A stretch of 64,000 nt of DNA from positions 10,299-74,298 of the forward strand of contig CAZFYQ010000005.1 in NCBI GenBank assembly GCA_964523905.1, in the 5' to 3' direction. The position numbers and the translations under genes were made by a program. The notes under the pieces are model-generated. The model searched no databases. It worked only from the letters and a program-made list of their open reading frames with translations, and was not told the DNA's origin. Of this stretch, positions 27,557 to 37,079 are shown piece after piece; position 1 is the stretch's first letter, and each line of letters starts with the position of its first letter. This DNA comes from an uncultured Gammaproteobacteria bacterium (GTDB lineage Bacteria; Patescibacteriota; Microgenomatia; Daviesbacterales; UBA10151).

Positions 27557-27847
27557 CTAGACACTAGCAGTTTCTAGAGGAACAGAGGGCAATGGAAGTC
27601 TCAATCTCCCAACCACAAAATTGCATTGCTGCCGTACACCACTCTCCATTATTCGAGATAATCTGGCATCAGCTGTTGCAAGTTGCGCCTTTTTCCAGAT
27701 TAAATTTCCGAGTGGTGTAAATATATCATTATCTGCTGCTCTCCAACCCATATAGCGATAATTGCGCTCAATCTGAGCACTGGAAACTTCATGTTGATAT
27801 CTCTTCAAAGAAGCAGGCACAGTCTCACTTTCTATACCAATTTTCAT
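27557..27847 (-). CDS. hypothetical small protein (low confidence)
   Basis: 96-aa ORF between ileS and ftsZ. GC is higher than the surrounding sequence. No motif recognised. Confidence 0.3.
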   Translation of the reverse strand: MKIGIESETVPASLKRYQHEVSSAQIERNYRYMGWRAADNDIFTPLGNLIWKKAQLATADARLSRIMESGVRQQCNFVVGRLRLPLPSVPLETASV

Positions 27848-27849
27848 TT

Positions 27850-29016
27850 CTATCTGTTACTCCGTAAAAATGCGGGAATTTCCAAATCTTCGTCTTCTTC
27901 CTGGTGCTCTTTTTCTTCCTCTACTACATCCTGTGAAGAGGTGGTTTGAACAATTGGGTCATCCTGAACTGGAGGAGTACCAGTGGAAAATCCGCTGGAT
28001 TGTTGCTGACCTAAAGAAGCAGAACCCATGCCAGTGCCAATATATTCGCGCAGTCTTCTTCTGGTTTCATCAAAACCGGTAGCAATCACAGAAATCTTGA
28101 TTTGATCCAACTGGTCTTCTTTAATGGTCGCGCCAAAGATAATGTTAGCATCAGGATCTGCTGCCTGGGCAATAATTTGTGCTGCTTCATTAACCTCTGT
28201 CATGGAAAGATCTGCACCACCCACAATGTTAAACAACACTCCTTTGGCTCCTTCTATGGATACTTCAAGTAAAGGTGAGGCAATGGCCATCCTAGCGGCC
28301 GCAGCAGCTCTGTTTTCTCCGCCAGCCATACCAATACCCATCAAGGCTGATCCGGCATTAGACATGATGGTTTTAACATCAGCAAAATCTACATTAATTA
28401 ATCCCGGCATGGTGATTAAATCAGAAATTCCCTGCACTCCTTGACCAAGTACTGAATCTGCCAACTTAAATGCTTCCTGCAAAGTCATATTTTTTTCAAC
28501 GGATTCTAATAGCCTTTGGTTTGGGATAATAATTAAAGCATCAACCTTATCTTTTAGAGCTTCAACACCTTCTTCAGCCACCACCATTCTTCTTGTCCCC
28601 TCAAAAGAAAATGGCTTGGTCACCACAGCCACAGTCAAAGCACCGATTTGTTTGGCAATTTGGGCTACTATCGGAATAGAACCAGTGCCGGTTCCTCCAC
28701 CCATACCGGCTGTTAAAAAAATCATGTCTGCATCTTGTAAAACGTCTTCCAGCTTTTGAGTCGATTCCTCTGCTGCTTGTTTTCCTACATCAGGGTTACC
28801 ACCAGAACCAAGTCCACGGGTTAAAGTTTCACCAATTTGTACTTTGGTCGGAGACTGGTTATTTAACAAGGCCTGAGCATCGGTATTAACAGCTACAAAT
28901 TCCACACCCTGGATCTGTTGCAATGAAATCATCGAGTTTAAAGAATTTGAACCACCACCACCAAGTCCTACAACTTTAATCTTGGCAAATCTTTGAACAT
29001 CAGGTTTGATCAGCAT
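27850..29016 (-). CDS. ftsZ: cell division GTPase FtsZ
   Basis: Tubulin signature GGGTGTG at residues 106-112, with T4/T7 loops and an acidic C-terminal tail. Confidence 0.95.
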   Translation of the reverse strand: MLIKPDVQRFAKIKVVGLGGGGSNSLNSMISLQQIQGVEFVAVNTDAQALLNNQSPTKVQIGETLTRGLGSGGNPDVGKQAAEESTQKLEDVLQDADMIFLTAGMGGGTGTGSIPIVAQIAKQIGALTVAVVTKPFSFEGTRRMVVAEEGVEALKDKVDALIIIPNQRLLESVEKNMTLQEAFKLADSVLGQGVQGISDLITMPGLINVDFADVKTIMSNAGSALMGIGMAGGENRAAAAARMAIASPLLEVSIEGAKGVLFNIVGGADLSMTEVNEAAQIIAQAADPDANIIFGATIKEDQLDQIKISVIATGFDETRRRLREYIGTGMGSASLGQQQSSGFSTGTPPVQDDPIVQTTSSQDVVEEEKEHQEEDEDLEIPAFLRSNR

Positions 29017-29108
29017 ATTTTATGAATAGGCAGAATATAACAAAACTTCATGGGAGTAGCAAGCCCCAATCAGTTCACATGATTGGGGCAAGTCCCAATC
29101 CCAAACAA

Positions 29109-30401
29109 CTATGGCAGTAGTGATTTCACTAAACTAATTCCTTTTTGAATCATGCCTTTAATTGGTAAACTACCGGATAAAACAGGCATTCTCATTTGCG
29201 GCGATGAGCCTTGCTGCGCCCCATATAAAATTAAGCCGGCACCGGTCGCAAAGGAGGGTGAATCAATCTCATCCACCATACCGGATAAACCTTCAGCTTG
29301 ACCAAGTCTGGCTGGAAAACCTAACACATATTTAGCTTGCTCCATGGCCCCAATAGTTTGTCCACCACCCCCACAAATAACCAGTCCTGAGGGAATTTGA
29401 GTACCAAACCCACTTCTTTTAATTTCTTTACCCACATATTTAAAGATTTCCTGCAAACGGGGCCTAATAATTCCATCCACCACTGATTTGGTAGAGATTT
29501 TCTGTACAGATTCTTCTATTCCTAAAGCTTTGGTATCTAAAAATCCTTCTTCTTTTTTCTTGGTCTTTTCCTCAATTGGTTCTAACCCTTCTGCCAAAGC
29601 CGGACTTTTTTGAATTTTACCCAGAGATAATTTAATTTTTTCAGCTGATTCCAGAGAAATCCGAAGACCCACTGCCATGTCTGAGGTTATATGCCTGGCA
29701 CCAATTGGTACTACTGAAGAATAAGCCACTGATCCATCAATAAAGATCACCACACTAGTGGTTTCTCCACCAATATCCACCACCACCACTCCCAATTCTT
29801 TTTCAGTATCAGTTAATACGGCCAAAGATGAGGCAACTCCGGAAAACACCAGCTCCGAGACATCAATGCCGACCTGGGACACACATTTAACCAGGTTTTT
29901 CATGGATGTAGTTGAACCGGTAATAATGTGCGTTTCAGTTTCTAGCCTGACTCCAGTCATACCAATCGGATCTTTAATACCTTCTTGGCCATCAACTGTA
30001 AAAGTTCGAGGGATCACATGTAGAATTTCACGGGATGTTGAAAGAGGTAAAGCTCTGGCCGCATCATTAACTCTTTGAATATCACTTTCTTTGATTTCAC
30101 CTTCTGGTTCAGAAACTGCTACCACTGCATGTTGATTAACACTCTCAATTTGGGGACCACCTAAAGAGATATAAGCTGATGAAATAGAATACCCGGCCAT
30201 CCGCTCAGATGCTTCAACTGATTCGGTAATGGCCCGGACAGCCTCATCAATATCAACCACCTGGTCTTTTCTCACACCCCGTGAGGGAGTACTGGAAACT
30301 CCAATTAAATTAATTTTACCGTTTTCATCAATTGAGGCAATCAGGGTAGCAATTTTTGATGAGCCAACATCGATTCCACAAATTATTCTGTCCTTTGGCA
30401 T
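29109..30401 (-). CDS. ftsA: cell division protein FtsA
   Basis: Actin-like ATPase. CGIDVGSSKIATLI N-terminus, GGG box, 430 aa. Lies immediately upstream of ftsZ. Confidence 0.9.
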   Translation of the reverse strand: MPKDRIICGIDVGSSKIATLIASIDENGKINLIGVSSTPSRGVRKDQVVDIDEAVRAITESVEASERMAGYSISSAYISLGGPQIESVNQHAVVAVSEPEGEIKESDIQRVNDAARALPLSTSREILHVIPRTFTVDGQEGIKDPIGMTGVRLETETHIITGSTTSMKNLVKCVSQVGIDVSELVFSGVASSLAVLTDTEKELGVVVVDIGGETTSVVIFIDGSVAYSSVVPIGARHITSDMAVGLRISLESAEKIKLSLGKIQKSPALAEGLEPIEEKTKKKEEGFLDTKALGIEESVQKISTKSVVDGIIRPRLQEIFKYVGKEIKRSGFGTQIPSGLVICGGGGQTIGAMEQAKYVLGFPARLGQAEGLSGMVDEIDSPSFATGAGLILYGAQQGSSPQMRMPVLSGSLPIKGMIQKGISLVKSLLP

Positions 30402-30404
30402 ATG

Positions 30405-31256
30405 TTATTTTTTTGGAGCAAATTTAACCACGGGTTTATCAAACCGCAGATCGATAAACTCAAGGGTCTTATGATCTATTTTAGCCTGACCGTAAATGAG
30501 TTGTAAAGATGCAATTTGTTCGTTAATTTTATCATCAAGTAAAAAGATCATTTTTGGCGTACTACTTATCAAAAGTATGCTTTTTGAGTAGATTTGAGAT
30601 TCCTTTGGATCAATGCCTAAATTCTTGACTGCAGAAAGAATTTTTAAAGTACTAATAATCAGACTTCCGCTTAAAGTTTGACCTAAACTTAAACTAATGT
30701 CACTAATATATACTCGAGGCGCAACAATTTGTTCAATTTTATTGGAATAGATTACTCCATCTACATCAACCAAAAAACTAGGGCCGGATAAATCATTAAC
30801 TTGCGCCGAGCCAGAAGCCTCAGCACTATCTGTTGCCTCGGCTTGACTAAACTGATCCACTAAATTTGCTGATGCTGTAGCACCTTTTTCACCAACCTTG
30901 GTTAAAATTGCAGCGGCAGTCCGGCCACTAATATTTAATATCACTGTACTTGGAAAATTGCGCGAGATCTCAACCATGCCAACGCATAAAAACTTTGTTT
31001 TTAAATTATTAGCGACTGCAGATTTATTCAGCAAGAAAAAGTTTTGCCCGATGAGTCCTGCTTGATCCATGATTTGCTGCTTACTTGCACAGTCAACTTG
31101 ATGAAGATTTACATTAACTGATTTAATATTTAAAAGTCCAATTCGGTAGATAAAAAATCCTAATCCTAAGATTAAAAGAATAAACAGAAAAAATAAAACT
31201 TTAAATAAACTAAAACGCAAAAATCTTTTTGAATTTGGGCGGCGGTTTCTTCTCAT
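30405..31256 (-). CDS. ftsQ: cell division protein FtsQ/DivIB-like (POTRA)
   Basis: Basic N-terminus and a single TM helix. Call rests mainly on its position between murG and ftsA. Confidence 0.6.
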   Translation of the reverse strand: MRRNRRPNSKRFLRFSLFKVLFFLFILLILGLGFFIYRIGLLNIKSVNVNLHQVDCASKQQIMDQAGLIGQNFFLLNKSAVANNLKTKFLCVGMVEISRNFPSTVILNISGRTAAAILTKVGEKGATASANLVDQFSQAEATDSAEASGSAQVNDLSGPSFLVDVDGVIYSNKIEQIVAPRVYISDISLSLGQTLSGSLIISTLKILSAVKNLGIDPKESQIYSKSILLISSTPKMIFLLDDKINEQIASLQLIYGQAKIDHKTLEFIDLRFDKPVVKFAPKK

Positions 31257-31262
31257 CTAATT

Positions 31263-32345
31263 TTATCCCCCGGCCAATATCACTGTTTCCAAAGCAAGTC
31301 TTTTGGCAGCATCGGGAATAATACTTTTTTTAGCCAGCTTGGCCTGTTTGGTAATTTGCGGTAACTGACCTAGTATTTGTTTAATTTTATCGGTTAAGCT
31401 ACTACCGGATAATTTTGATTGGGGCAAAATTTCTACTAGTCCTAACTCTTTAAAATATCTGGCATTTTTATTTTGCTCATCACCATATAAATAACCAATT
31501 GGAATTACCAAAGCCGGCTTACCAGTATAAGCTAGTTCAGTTAAAGTATTAATACCGGCCCGAGATACCACTAAATCAACTTGACCTAAAACATCTCCCC
31601 ACTCTTTGCCGATCCATTTTTTAACTTGATAACGATCATTAAAGTTTCCCAGCTTTTCTAATCTTTCAAAATCTTGGAATTTACTATCTCCGGTGACATG
31701 AATTACTGATGCTATTTTGGTAAGTTCTTTTAAACCCTCTTCCACAGCCAGATTAATGGCATGCGAACCTTGGTTACCCCCGGTAATTAAAATGACCGGC
31801 ACTTTATTCTTTCTTGGAGTTTGTTTCCATTCCAAAATTTCTTTACGGATAGGATTACCCGAGAAAAAAACTTTCTTTTTATCAAAATGATTTTCTCCGG
31901 GAAAAGACAAGGCAATTTTATCTGCAAAAAAAGCGCTGATTTTATTAGCCAGTCCGGATACTAAAGTTTGTTCATGCACTAAAATTGGAATGGAAAATAA
32001 CCAACCAGCCAAAACAGTTGGCACTGCCACATATCCTCCAAAAGATAAAATCACATCCGGTTGTTCCTTAATAATAAAAAACAGTGCCATCAAAAATCCA
32101 ATTGGAATTTTCAAAAGTGAAGGAATTGTATAAATAGTAAAAGACCGTTGCAAACGACCAGTAACTATAGGCAAAAACTTTACACCCATTCCCGGTAAAA
32201 TTTGCGACTCAGCAGATTTGGCAGAGTCACCCTCCATAGTGGTTTTTCTTCCCACATAAACAATTTCAACATCCGGATATTTTTTAAGTTCTGCAATCAC
32301 TGCCGCAGCTGGCGTAAAATGAGCTCCGGTAATAAGGACCTTCAT
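31263..32345 (-). CDS. murG: undecaprenyldiphospho-muramoylpentapeptide beta-N-acetylglucosaminyltransferase
   Basis: MKVLITGAHFTPAAAVIAEL N-terminus, GT28 fold, ITGGNQGS-type and GYVAVPTVLA motifs. Confidence 0.85.
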   Translation of the reverse strand: MKVLITGAHFTPAAAVIAELKKYPDVEIVYVGRKTTMEGDSAKSAESQILPGMGVKFLPIVTGRLQRSFTIYTIPSLLKIPIGFLMALFFIIKEQPDVILSFGGYVAVPTVLAGWLFSIPILVHEQTLVSGLANKISAFFADKIALSFPGENHFDKKKVFFSGNPIRKEILEWKQTPRKNKVPVILITGGNQGSHAINLAVEEGLKELTKIASVIHVTGDSKFQDFERLEKLGNFNDRYQVKKWIGKEWGDVLGQVDLVVSRAGINTLTELAYTGKPALVIPIGYLYGDEQNKNARYFKELGLVEILPQSKLSGSSLTDKIKQILGQLPQITKQAKLAKKSIIPDAAKRLALETVILAGG

Positions 32346-32382
32346 GTATTAATTATAACAAGATTGAATCTGGATTATTGGA

Positions 32383-32733
32383 TTATACAAACAATTTACT
32401 GATGCTTTGTAAAATCTTGTGCTTAATTGCTGGATTTAGTTGACCAACAGCATTTTTAATAATAGTTGTATCAGCGGTGAATAATTTATCCGGTCTAACA
32501 AAACTTGTAACTGGTAATTTACCCTTAGAAAAATCGTCAGACTCAATACGAATAGCGGTCTTACTTGTATAGGATTTTGAGGTAATTTGGCATAAAATAA
32601 GATTACCAAATTCAACTTTAGCCAGGACTAGCGCTGGACGAACTTTTTGGCCCTTTAAATTTGAAAAGGGAAATGTGACTAAAACAACCGTACCTACTCG
32701 TAGAGTAGCTTTGCTCACTGTAGACTGGCCCAT
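32383..32733 (-). CDS. mazF: type II toxin-antitoxin toxin, PemK/MazF family (mRNA interferase)
   Basis: RVGTVVLVTFPFSNLKGQKVRPALVL matches the PemK/MazF consensus (G.V..V.F.P..G.E...RPA.V). Length 116 aa. Confidence 0.75.
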   Translation of the reverse strand: MGQSTVSKATLRVGTVVLVTFPFSNLKGQKVRPALVLAKVEFGNLILCQITSKSYTSKTAIRIESDDFSKGKLPVTSFVRPDKLFTADTTIIKNAVGQLNPAIKHKILQSISKLFV

Positions 32734-32951
32734 GCTTCATCCTCTTCAGGTCGATTCCAATCGGCAGCAAGTGCTTTTTCTGATAGTAAAGCACTGGCTT
32801 CAGTAATGCTCTTAACAGGTGCTGAAACAATTCTTATTTCTCCTTTTTTTACCTGCAACTCAACTTGTTCACCTAGACCACTTTCGCTAAGAACAGGCTT
32901 TGGTATACGTATGCCTCGGGAATTTCCTATCTCGATAATTGTAGTAATCAT
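32715..32951 (-). CDS. mazE: type II antitoxin, AbrB/MazE/SpoVT family
   Basis: MITTIIEIGNSRGIRIPKPVL is the swapped-hairpin AbrB/MazE motif. Overlaps mazF by 19 nt. The ORF track allows an earlier start at 33008, but the promoter geometry favours 32951. Confidence 0.65.
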   Translation of the reverse strand: MITTIIEIGNSRGIRIPKPVLSESGLGEQVELQVKKGEIRIVSAPVKSITEASALLSEKALAADWNRPEEDEAWASLQ

Positions 32952-32989
32952 TGTAGTCACATTGTAGTCACATATAATATAATTGTCAA
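32950..32989 (-). promoter_or_regulatory. putative mazE promoter/operator: -35 TTGACA, 17-nt spacer, -10 TACAAT, overlapping an 11-nt tandem direct repeat
   Basis: Minus strand reads TTGACA (plus 32984-32989), 17 nt, TACAAT (plus 32961-32966). The repeat attgtagtcac occurs twice (32950-32960 and 32961-32971); the second unit holds the -10 and the first overlaps the ATG. Confidence 0.4.
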
Positions 32990-33211
32990 GCCACTTGACG
33001 GCTGACATATAATCTTATACGCTAATTGTATGGACAATAATTCACCTCAGGATCAAAATACTGATTATTCATCTAGCAACTCAGTTACAATCCCTAGCGA
33101 TCCTCAAGCAAATATTCCTACATCTGTTCCTGTGACATCCGGGCCGACCAGTACTCCCGAAACATTCCGTAAGAAAAAACCAACTGTAGTATATGCGGGA
33201 TATTAACTCTT

Positions 33212-33820
33212 ATGCCTGAAAAACAAGGTCCGGAATTAAGTAAACAATATGGTACTGATGTTATTAGTCTCACCAGATCTGAATATTTGGACAGTTTTAT
33301 TCATAATTTAACTACCCCAAAAGAACAGGAAGGCGTTCAGGAAGCTCTAGATCTTGCAATCAAAGAAGCACCGGCTGATGCCGATTTCTGTGTGATTAGT
33401 GACCAGGTAGGAGACCGGCTATCCGCCCGCCATTTATTCCGAGCGGCTGCAGAAGCTTACGAATTTTCGTATGTGCAGGAGGCGGGTTATACTGATGCTC
33501 AAGTCCAACACGCAGAAAAATATGCCAAAGCAGTTGATAGTTTCATTAAAGATGATAGTGATTTGATACCAAAGGCCGAAAAAGAAGGATGGCTGTTAGC
33601 AAAACAATCGACGATCGATGCGGTCAATTTGTGTTTGATTAAGGATCATGACTATCGATGGAGCATGGAGTTTCGTAGACAAGTTAATGAAAAATTTCCT
33701 GATTTCCAGCCTGAACCAAGTGCAGCTTTTGTTCGTACCAATGCTTTAGCAGAATCAAGAGACATGGCTACCGAAGCTACTAAGTTTGTTCAAGCATTAG
33801 CAGAAAGACAAACCAACTAG
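33212..33820 (+). CDS. hypothetical protein (higher GC, opposite strand, inside the dcw cluster)
   Basis: 202-aa ORF with GC visibly around 45-48% against the local background. No recognisable family. Confidence 0.45.
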   Translation: MPEKQGPELSKQYGTDVISLTRSEYLDSFIHNLTTPKEQEGVQEALDLAIKEAPADADFCVISDQVGDRLSARHLFRAAAEAYEFSYVQEAGYTDAQVQHAEKYAKAVDSFIKDDSDLIPKAEKEGWLLAKQSTIDAVNLCLIKDHDYRWSMEFRRQVNEKFPDFQPEPSAAFVRTNALAESRDMATEATKFVQALAERQTN

Positions 33821-34918
33821 CTATCCTTGGTGACGCGAAATATTTAGTAAAATTCCCACGGCTGTTAGATTGGCAACCAGAGCTGAGCCGCCATAGGAAA
33901 TAAAAGGCAGCGGAACTCCGGTTAAAGGAAGCAGCGCTGTCATAGAGGATAAGTTAATCACCACCTGAATCCCCAACCAGCAGGTCAATCCCAAAGCCAG
34001 AATTTTTCCAAAAGGATCACTACAATTTTGAGCAATCTTAAAACCACGGAGGATCAATATTGCAAATAAACAAATTAGAAAAAAAGATCCTAAAAAACCC
34101 AGCTCTTCCCCCACAATGGCAAAAATAGAATCAGTAGAAACTTCCGGAATATATTCAAACTTTTGTCTGGAGTGTCCCAATCCCAACCCTAACCACCCAC
34201 CTGACCCTAAAGCAATTAATACCTGCAGTATATGATAAGTAGAACCTTGCGGATCGGAAAAAGGATCTAAAAACGCTAAAATTCTCTTACTTCTGTAGCT
34301 GGAGGTAAAAATTAATACCGCTAAAGCACTTAACCCAGTGGGTATACTTACTAAAATTTGCCAAAGTGGTGCCCCTGATGCAAAATACAATAAAGAAGCA
34401 GTTGCTACAAAGACAATAGCGGACCCCAAATCCCTTTGTAAAACTCCAGTAATAAGTGTTACTCCTAAAACGACTACTAAAAAAGGCGTAAGTCTGGCTT
34501 TTTTTTCAAACATAGCAGCTAAAAAAATTACTCCGGTTAACTTAATAATTTCGGTTGGTTGAATAGTAATCGGCCCGAATTTTAGCCAACGGTGAGCACC
34601 TCCGCCAGAAATCCCAAATCCGGGAATAAATACCGCCAGTAACATTAAAAAAGAGACTAAAATTAAAGGCAGGGCAAAGGTGCGAAACTTTTTGTAATCA
34701 AATCCAATAAAAAAAATCATTGAAGCAAAACCCAAACCCACCCAAATTACTTGCTGTCTAATATAATAGTAGCTGTCATTATAATCTTTTAAGCCCTGGA
34801 CTACGGAAGAGTCATAAACCATGATTAGCCCAAAAACAACTAACCCCAGCACCACTGTTAAAAGTGGTAGATCTAAGGTTCTTTTTTGTGAGTGGAAGGC
34901 AGTGTTGATACGCTTCAT
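33821..34918 (-). CDS. ftsW: cell division protein FtsW (SEDS)
   Basis: 365 aa, 10 TM. C-terminal LPLTGVPLPFISYGGSAL block. Sits between mraY and murG. Confidence 0.85.
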   Translation of the reverse strand: MKRINTAFHSQKRTLDLPLLTVVLGLVVFGLIMVYDSSVVQGLKDYNDSYYYIRQQVIWVGLGFASMIFFIGFDYKKFRTFALPLILVSFLMLLAVFIPGFGISGGGAHRWLKFGPITIQPTEIIKLTGVIFLAAMFEKKARLTPFLVVVLGVTLITGVLQRDLGSAIVFVATASLLYFASGAPLWQILVSIPTGLSALAVLIFTSSYRSKRILAFLDPFSDPQGSTYHILQVLIALGSGGWLGLGLGHSRQKFEYIPEVSTDSIFAIVGEELGFLGSFFLICLFAILILRGFKIAQNCSDPFGKILALGLTCWLGIQVVINLSSMTALLPLTGVPLPFISYGGSALVANLTAVGILLNISRHQG

Positions 34919-35925
34919 CTGGCGCTAGATAAAAGAGCAATCCAAAGACCAATCATCGCAAACAGTCCCTGAGCTAACCAAAATCTGGTGACGATTTTTG
35001 GCTCTTCCCAGCCCATGTATTTAAAATACATATGAATTGGGGCCACTGGGAAAAGTTTTTTATGCAAAAATCTCTTTGATAAAATCTGAAGTAAAGATGA
35101 TCCGCTAATAATCACAAACATTCCACCAATTATTGCCAGTGCTAAAATTTTACCGGTTAATAGTCCCACCACCCCAAGAGTTGCACCAAAGGCAAATGAC
35201 CCGGCATCTCCTAGAAAAATCCGCGCCGGCCAAATATTAAAATACAAAAAGGCAAATAGCGTTCCAATCCAAATCCCAATAAATGAAGCCAAAGTTAAGT
35301 CCAAAGACCGAGATGCTAGCGCCAAAAGCGCAAATAAACAAATTAACAAAAGTCCTCCGGACAAGCCATCAAGACCATCAGAAATATTGTAAGCATTGGC
35401 AAAAGAAATAATGACAAAAGCCGCTAAAGGAATATACCAGCCGTGAATTACAAAATTGCCAATACCGGAAATGTAGATATTATTTAGTCCCACTGTAAAA
35501 TACAAAGCCCCTCCAATTGCTAAAGCCAACAGAGTTTGAATAACTAACATTCTTGTGCGACTTAGCCCAAACATTTTACCGGTTCGCTTAGTTAAAATAA
35601 ACTTCACATCATCCATTAAACCAAGTAGCCCAAATGAAGATAGGGTCAACAGCAAAATTCGAAGACTGATGCTAAGTCCACCGTTAAAAATACCATATCC
35701 TGCACTGATCAAAAGTAACATAATAATTAACAAGATTCCTCCGCCAGAAGGAGTTGTTAAGTCAGATTTCATTAAACGGTCATGAATCGGGGTCTCTGAT
35801 TTTGTCAAATCTGTTGACTGCCTTTGAAAGCGGTTTTTTAAATAATAAAGCAAATCAATAAACGGCACCATGCAAACAGCAGTGGCAGCAAATGATAATA
35901 AAACCAGTCCTAACAGTTGGGTCAT
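34915..35925 (-). CDS. mraY: phospho-N-acetylmuramoyl-pentapeptide transferase
   Basis: Polytopic membrane protein with NAYNISDGLDGL and FLGDAGS motifs of the MraY/WecA family. Confidence 0.9.
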   Translation of the reverse strand: MTQLLGLVLLSFAATAVCMVPFIDLLYYLKNRFQRQSTDLTKSETPIHDRLMKSDLTTPSGGGILLIIMLLLISAGYGIFNGGLSISLRILLLTLSSFGLLGLMDDVKFILTKRTGKMFGLSRTRMLVIQTLLALAIGGALYFTVGLNNIYISGIGNFVIHGWYIPLAAFVIISFANAYNISDGLDGLSGGLLLICLFALLALASRSLDLTLASFIGIWIGTLFAFLYFNIWPARIFLGDAGSFAFGATLGVVGLLTGKILALAIIGGMFVIISGSSLLQILSKRFLHKKLFPVAPIHMYFKYMGWEEPKIVTRFWLAQGLFAMIGLWIALLSSAR

Positions 35926-35942
35926 CTTTACTCGAAAGTCAT

Positions 35943-37076
35943 TTAGACTTTCTCCTCCTTTTTCTTGGCAATTCTTTTAACTACCTCATCTAATCTTACA
36001 GCATGTTGACCCTTAACTAAAACAACGTCGCCTTTTCCTAAGGTTTTCAAAAGCTTACTGACAATTTGAGAATTTTGTAAATTCGTTTCCACCTTCTCCT
36101 CCCAAAAACCCAATCTTTTTAATTCATCGGCAATGAAAATCGTATCCCCCTGGCCTAGAAAACATAGATCAATTTTTTCTTTATAAATTTTTTGTGCCAA
36201 ATGACGGTGGATTTCTTCTGAAAAGCTGCCTAAATCTCGTAATTCCCCTAGCACTAAAATCCGTCTTCTGGCGCTAATTTGTAATAATGTATCAATCGAG
36301 GCTTCCACATCAGCCGGCGAAAAAGCATGCGTGTCATCCAAGATCACTGAGCCGTTTGGTCCATAAAAAGGCTCCATTTGATGCTCAACCGGCTCCAGCT
36401 CCTCCAAGGCAATTTTGATCCTAGTTAATGGAATTTGGTTAAGGATCCCCAAAGCAGCTGCTGCTAAGGCTGAGTAAACATATTGCATGCCCAACAATTT
36501 GAAATTTACCCTGACTCTTTCCACTCCATAATTTAGTTCAAAAGTAGTTCGAAAATTCTCGATTAAAATATTGCCTGCCCAGACCAAACAATTATCAGGA
36601 TCAGTACCAAAAAATACCACCTGCCCTTGACCTTCTTTAACTAACTTTTTACTAGCCGGATCATCAAAATTTAAAATCGCCACCCCTTTTTCACCAATTC
36701 CGGCAATTAATTTTTGCTCTTCCTCAATAATTTCTTCCAACCCACCTAAATGATCACTATGTGCATAGGCAATTTTAGTAACAATCACTGTTTGCGGCTT
36801 GATTAAGCGAAGATATGAGTCGATTTCCCCTTTTTTATGAATACCCATTTCCAAAATTACTTTTTTTATCGAAGGATTAAGATTTAATAAGGCCTGCGGC
36901 AGTGCCGAGTGCGGACTGGCATTTAATTTAGTGGTTAAAGTTTTGTATTTTTTTCTTAAAATAGCCTCACAAGCCTGTACACAGACGGTTTTGCCAATTG
37001 ATCCGGTAACACCGATAAATAGCTCAGGAGAATAAAACTTGGCATATTGTCTGGCCATGAAAGAGAAAACACCCAT
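35943..37076 (-). CDS. Mur ligase family protein (MurF-like by motif and position), short form
   Basis: P-loop IGVTGSIGKTV, a Mur ligase central domain and a C-terminal domain. It is 377 aa and lacks the usual N-terminal domain. Lies upstream of mraY. Confidence 0.6.
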   Translation of the reverse strand: MGVFSFMARQYAKFYSPELFIGVTGSIGKTVCVQACEAILRKKYKTLTTKLNASPHSALPQALLNLNPSIKKVILEMGIHKKGEIDSYLRLIKPQTVIVTKIAYAHSDHLGGLEEIIEEEQKLIAGIGEKGVAILNFDDPASKKLVKEGQGQVVFFGTDPDNCLVWAGNILIENFRTTFELNYGVERVRVNFKLLGMQYVYSALAAAALGILNQIPLTRIKIALEELEPVEHQMEPFYGPNGSVILDDTHAFSPADVEASIDTLLQISARRRILVLGELRDLGSFSEEIHRHLAQKIYKEKIDLCFLGQGDTIFIADELKRLGFWEEKVETNLQNSQIVSKLLKTLGKGDVVLVKGQHAVRLDEVVKRIAKKKEEKV

Positions 37077-37079
37077 TGA

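Noticed and set aside
27870-28444. Plus-strand ORFs 27870-28082 and 28124-28444
   Set aside because: They are antisense to ftsZ, and their Ala/Gly/Pro-rich products mirror the Gly-rich tubulin motifs on the coding strand.
32618-32830. 70-aa minus-strand ORF overlapping the mazE/mazF junction
   Set aside because: It is an alternative frame across the toxin-antitoxin overlap. The mazE and mazF frames each carry family-specific motifs, and this one carries none.
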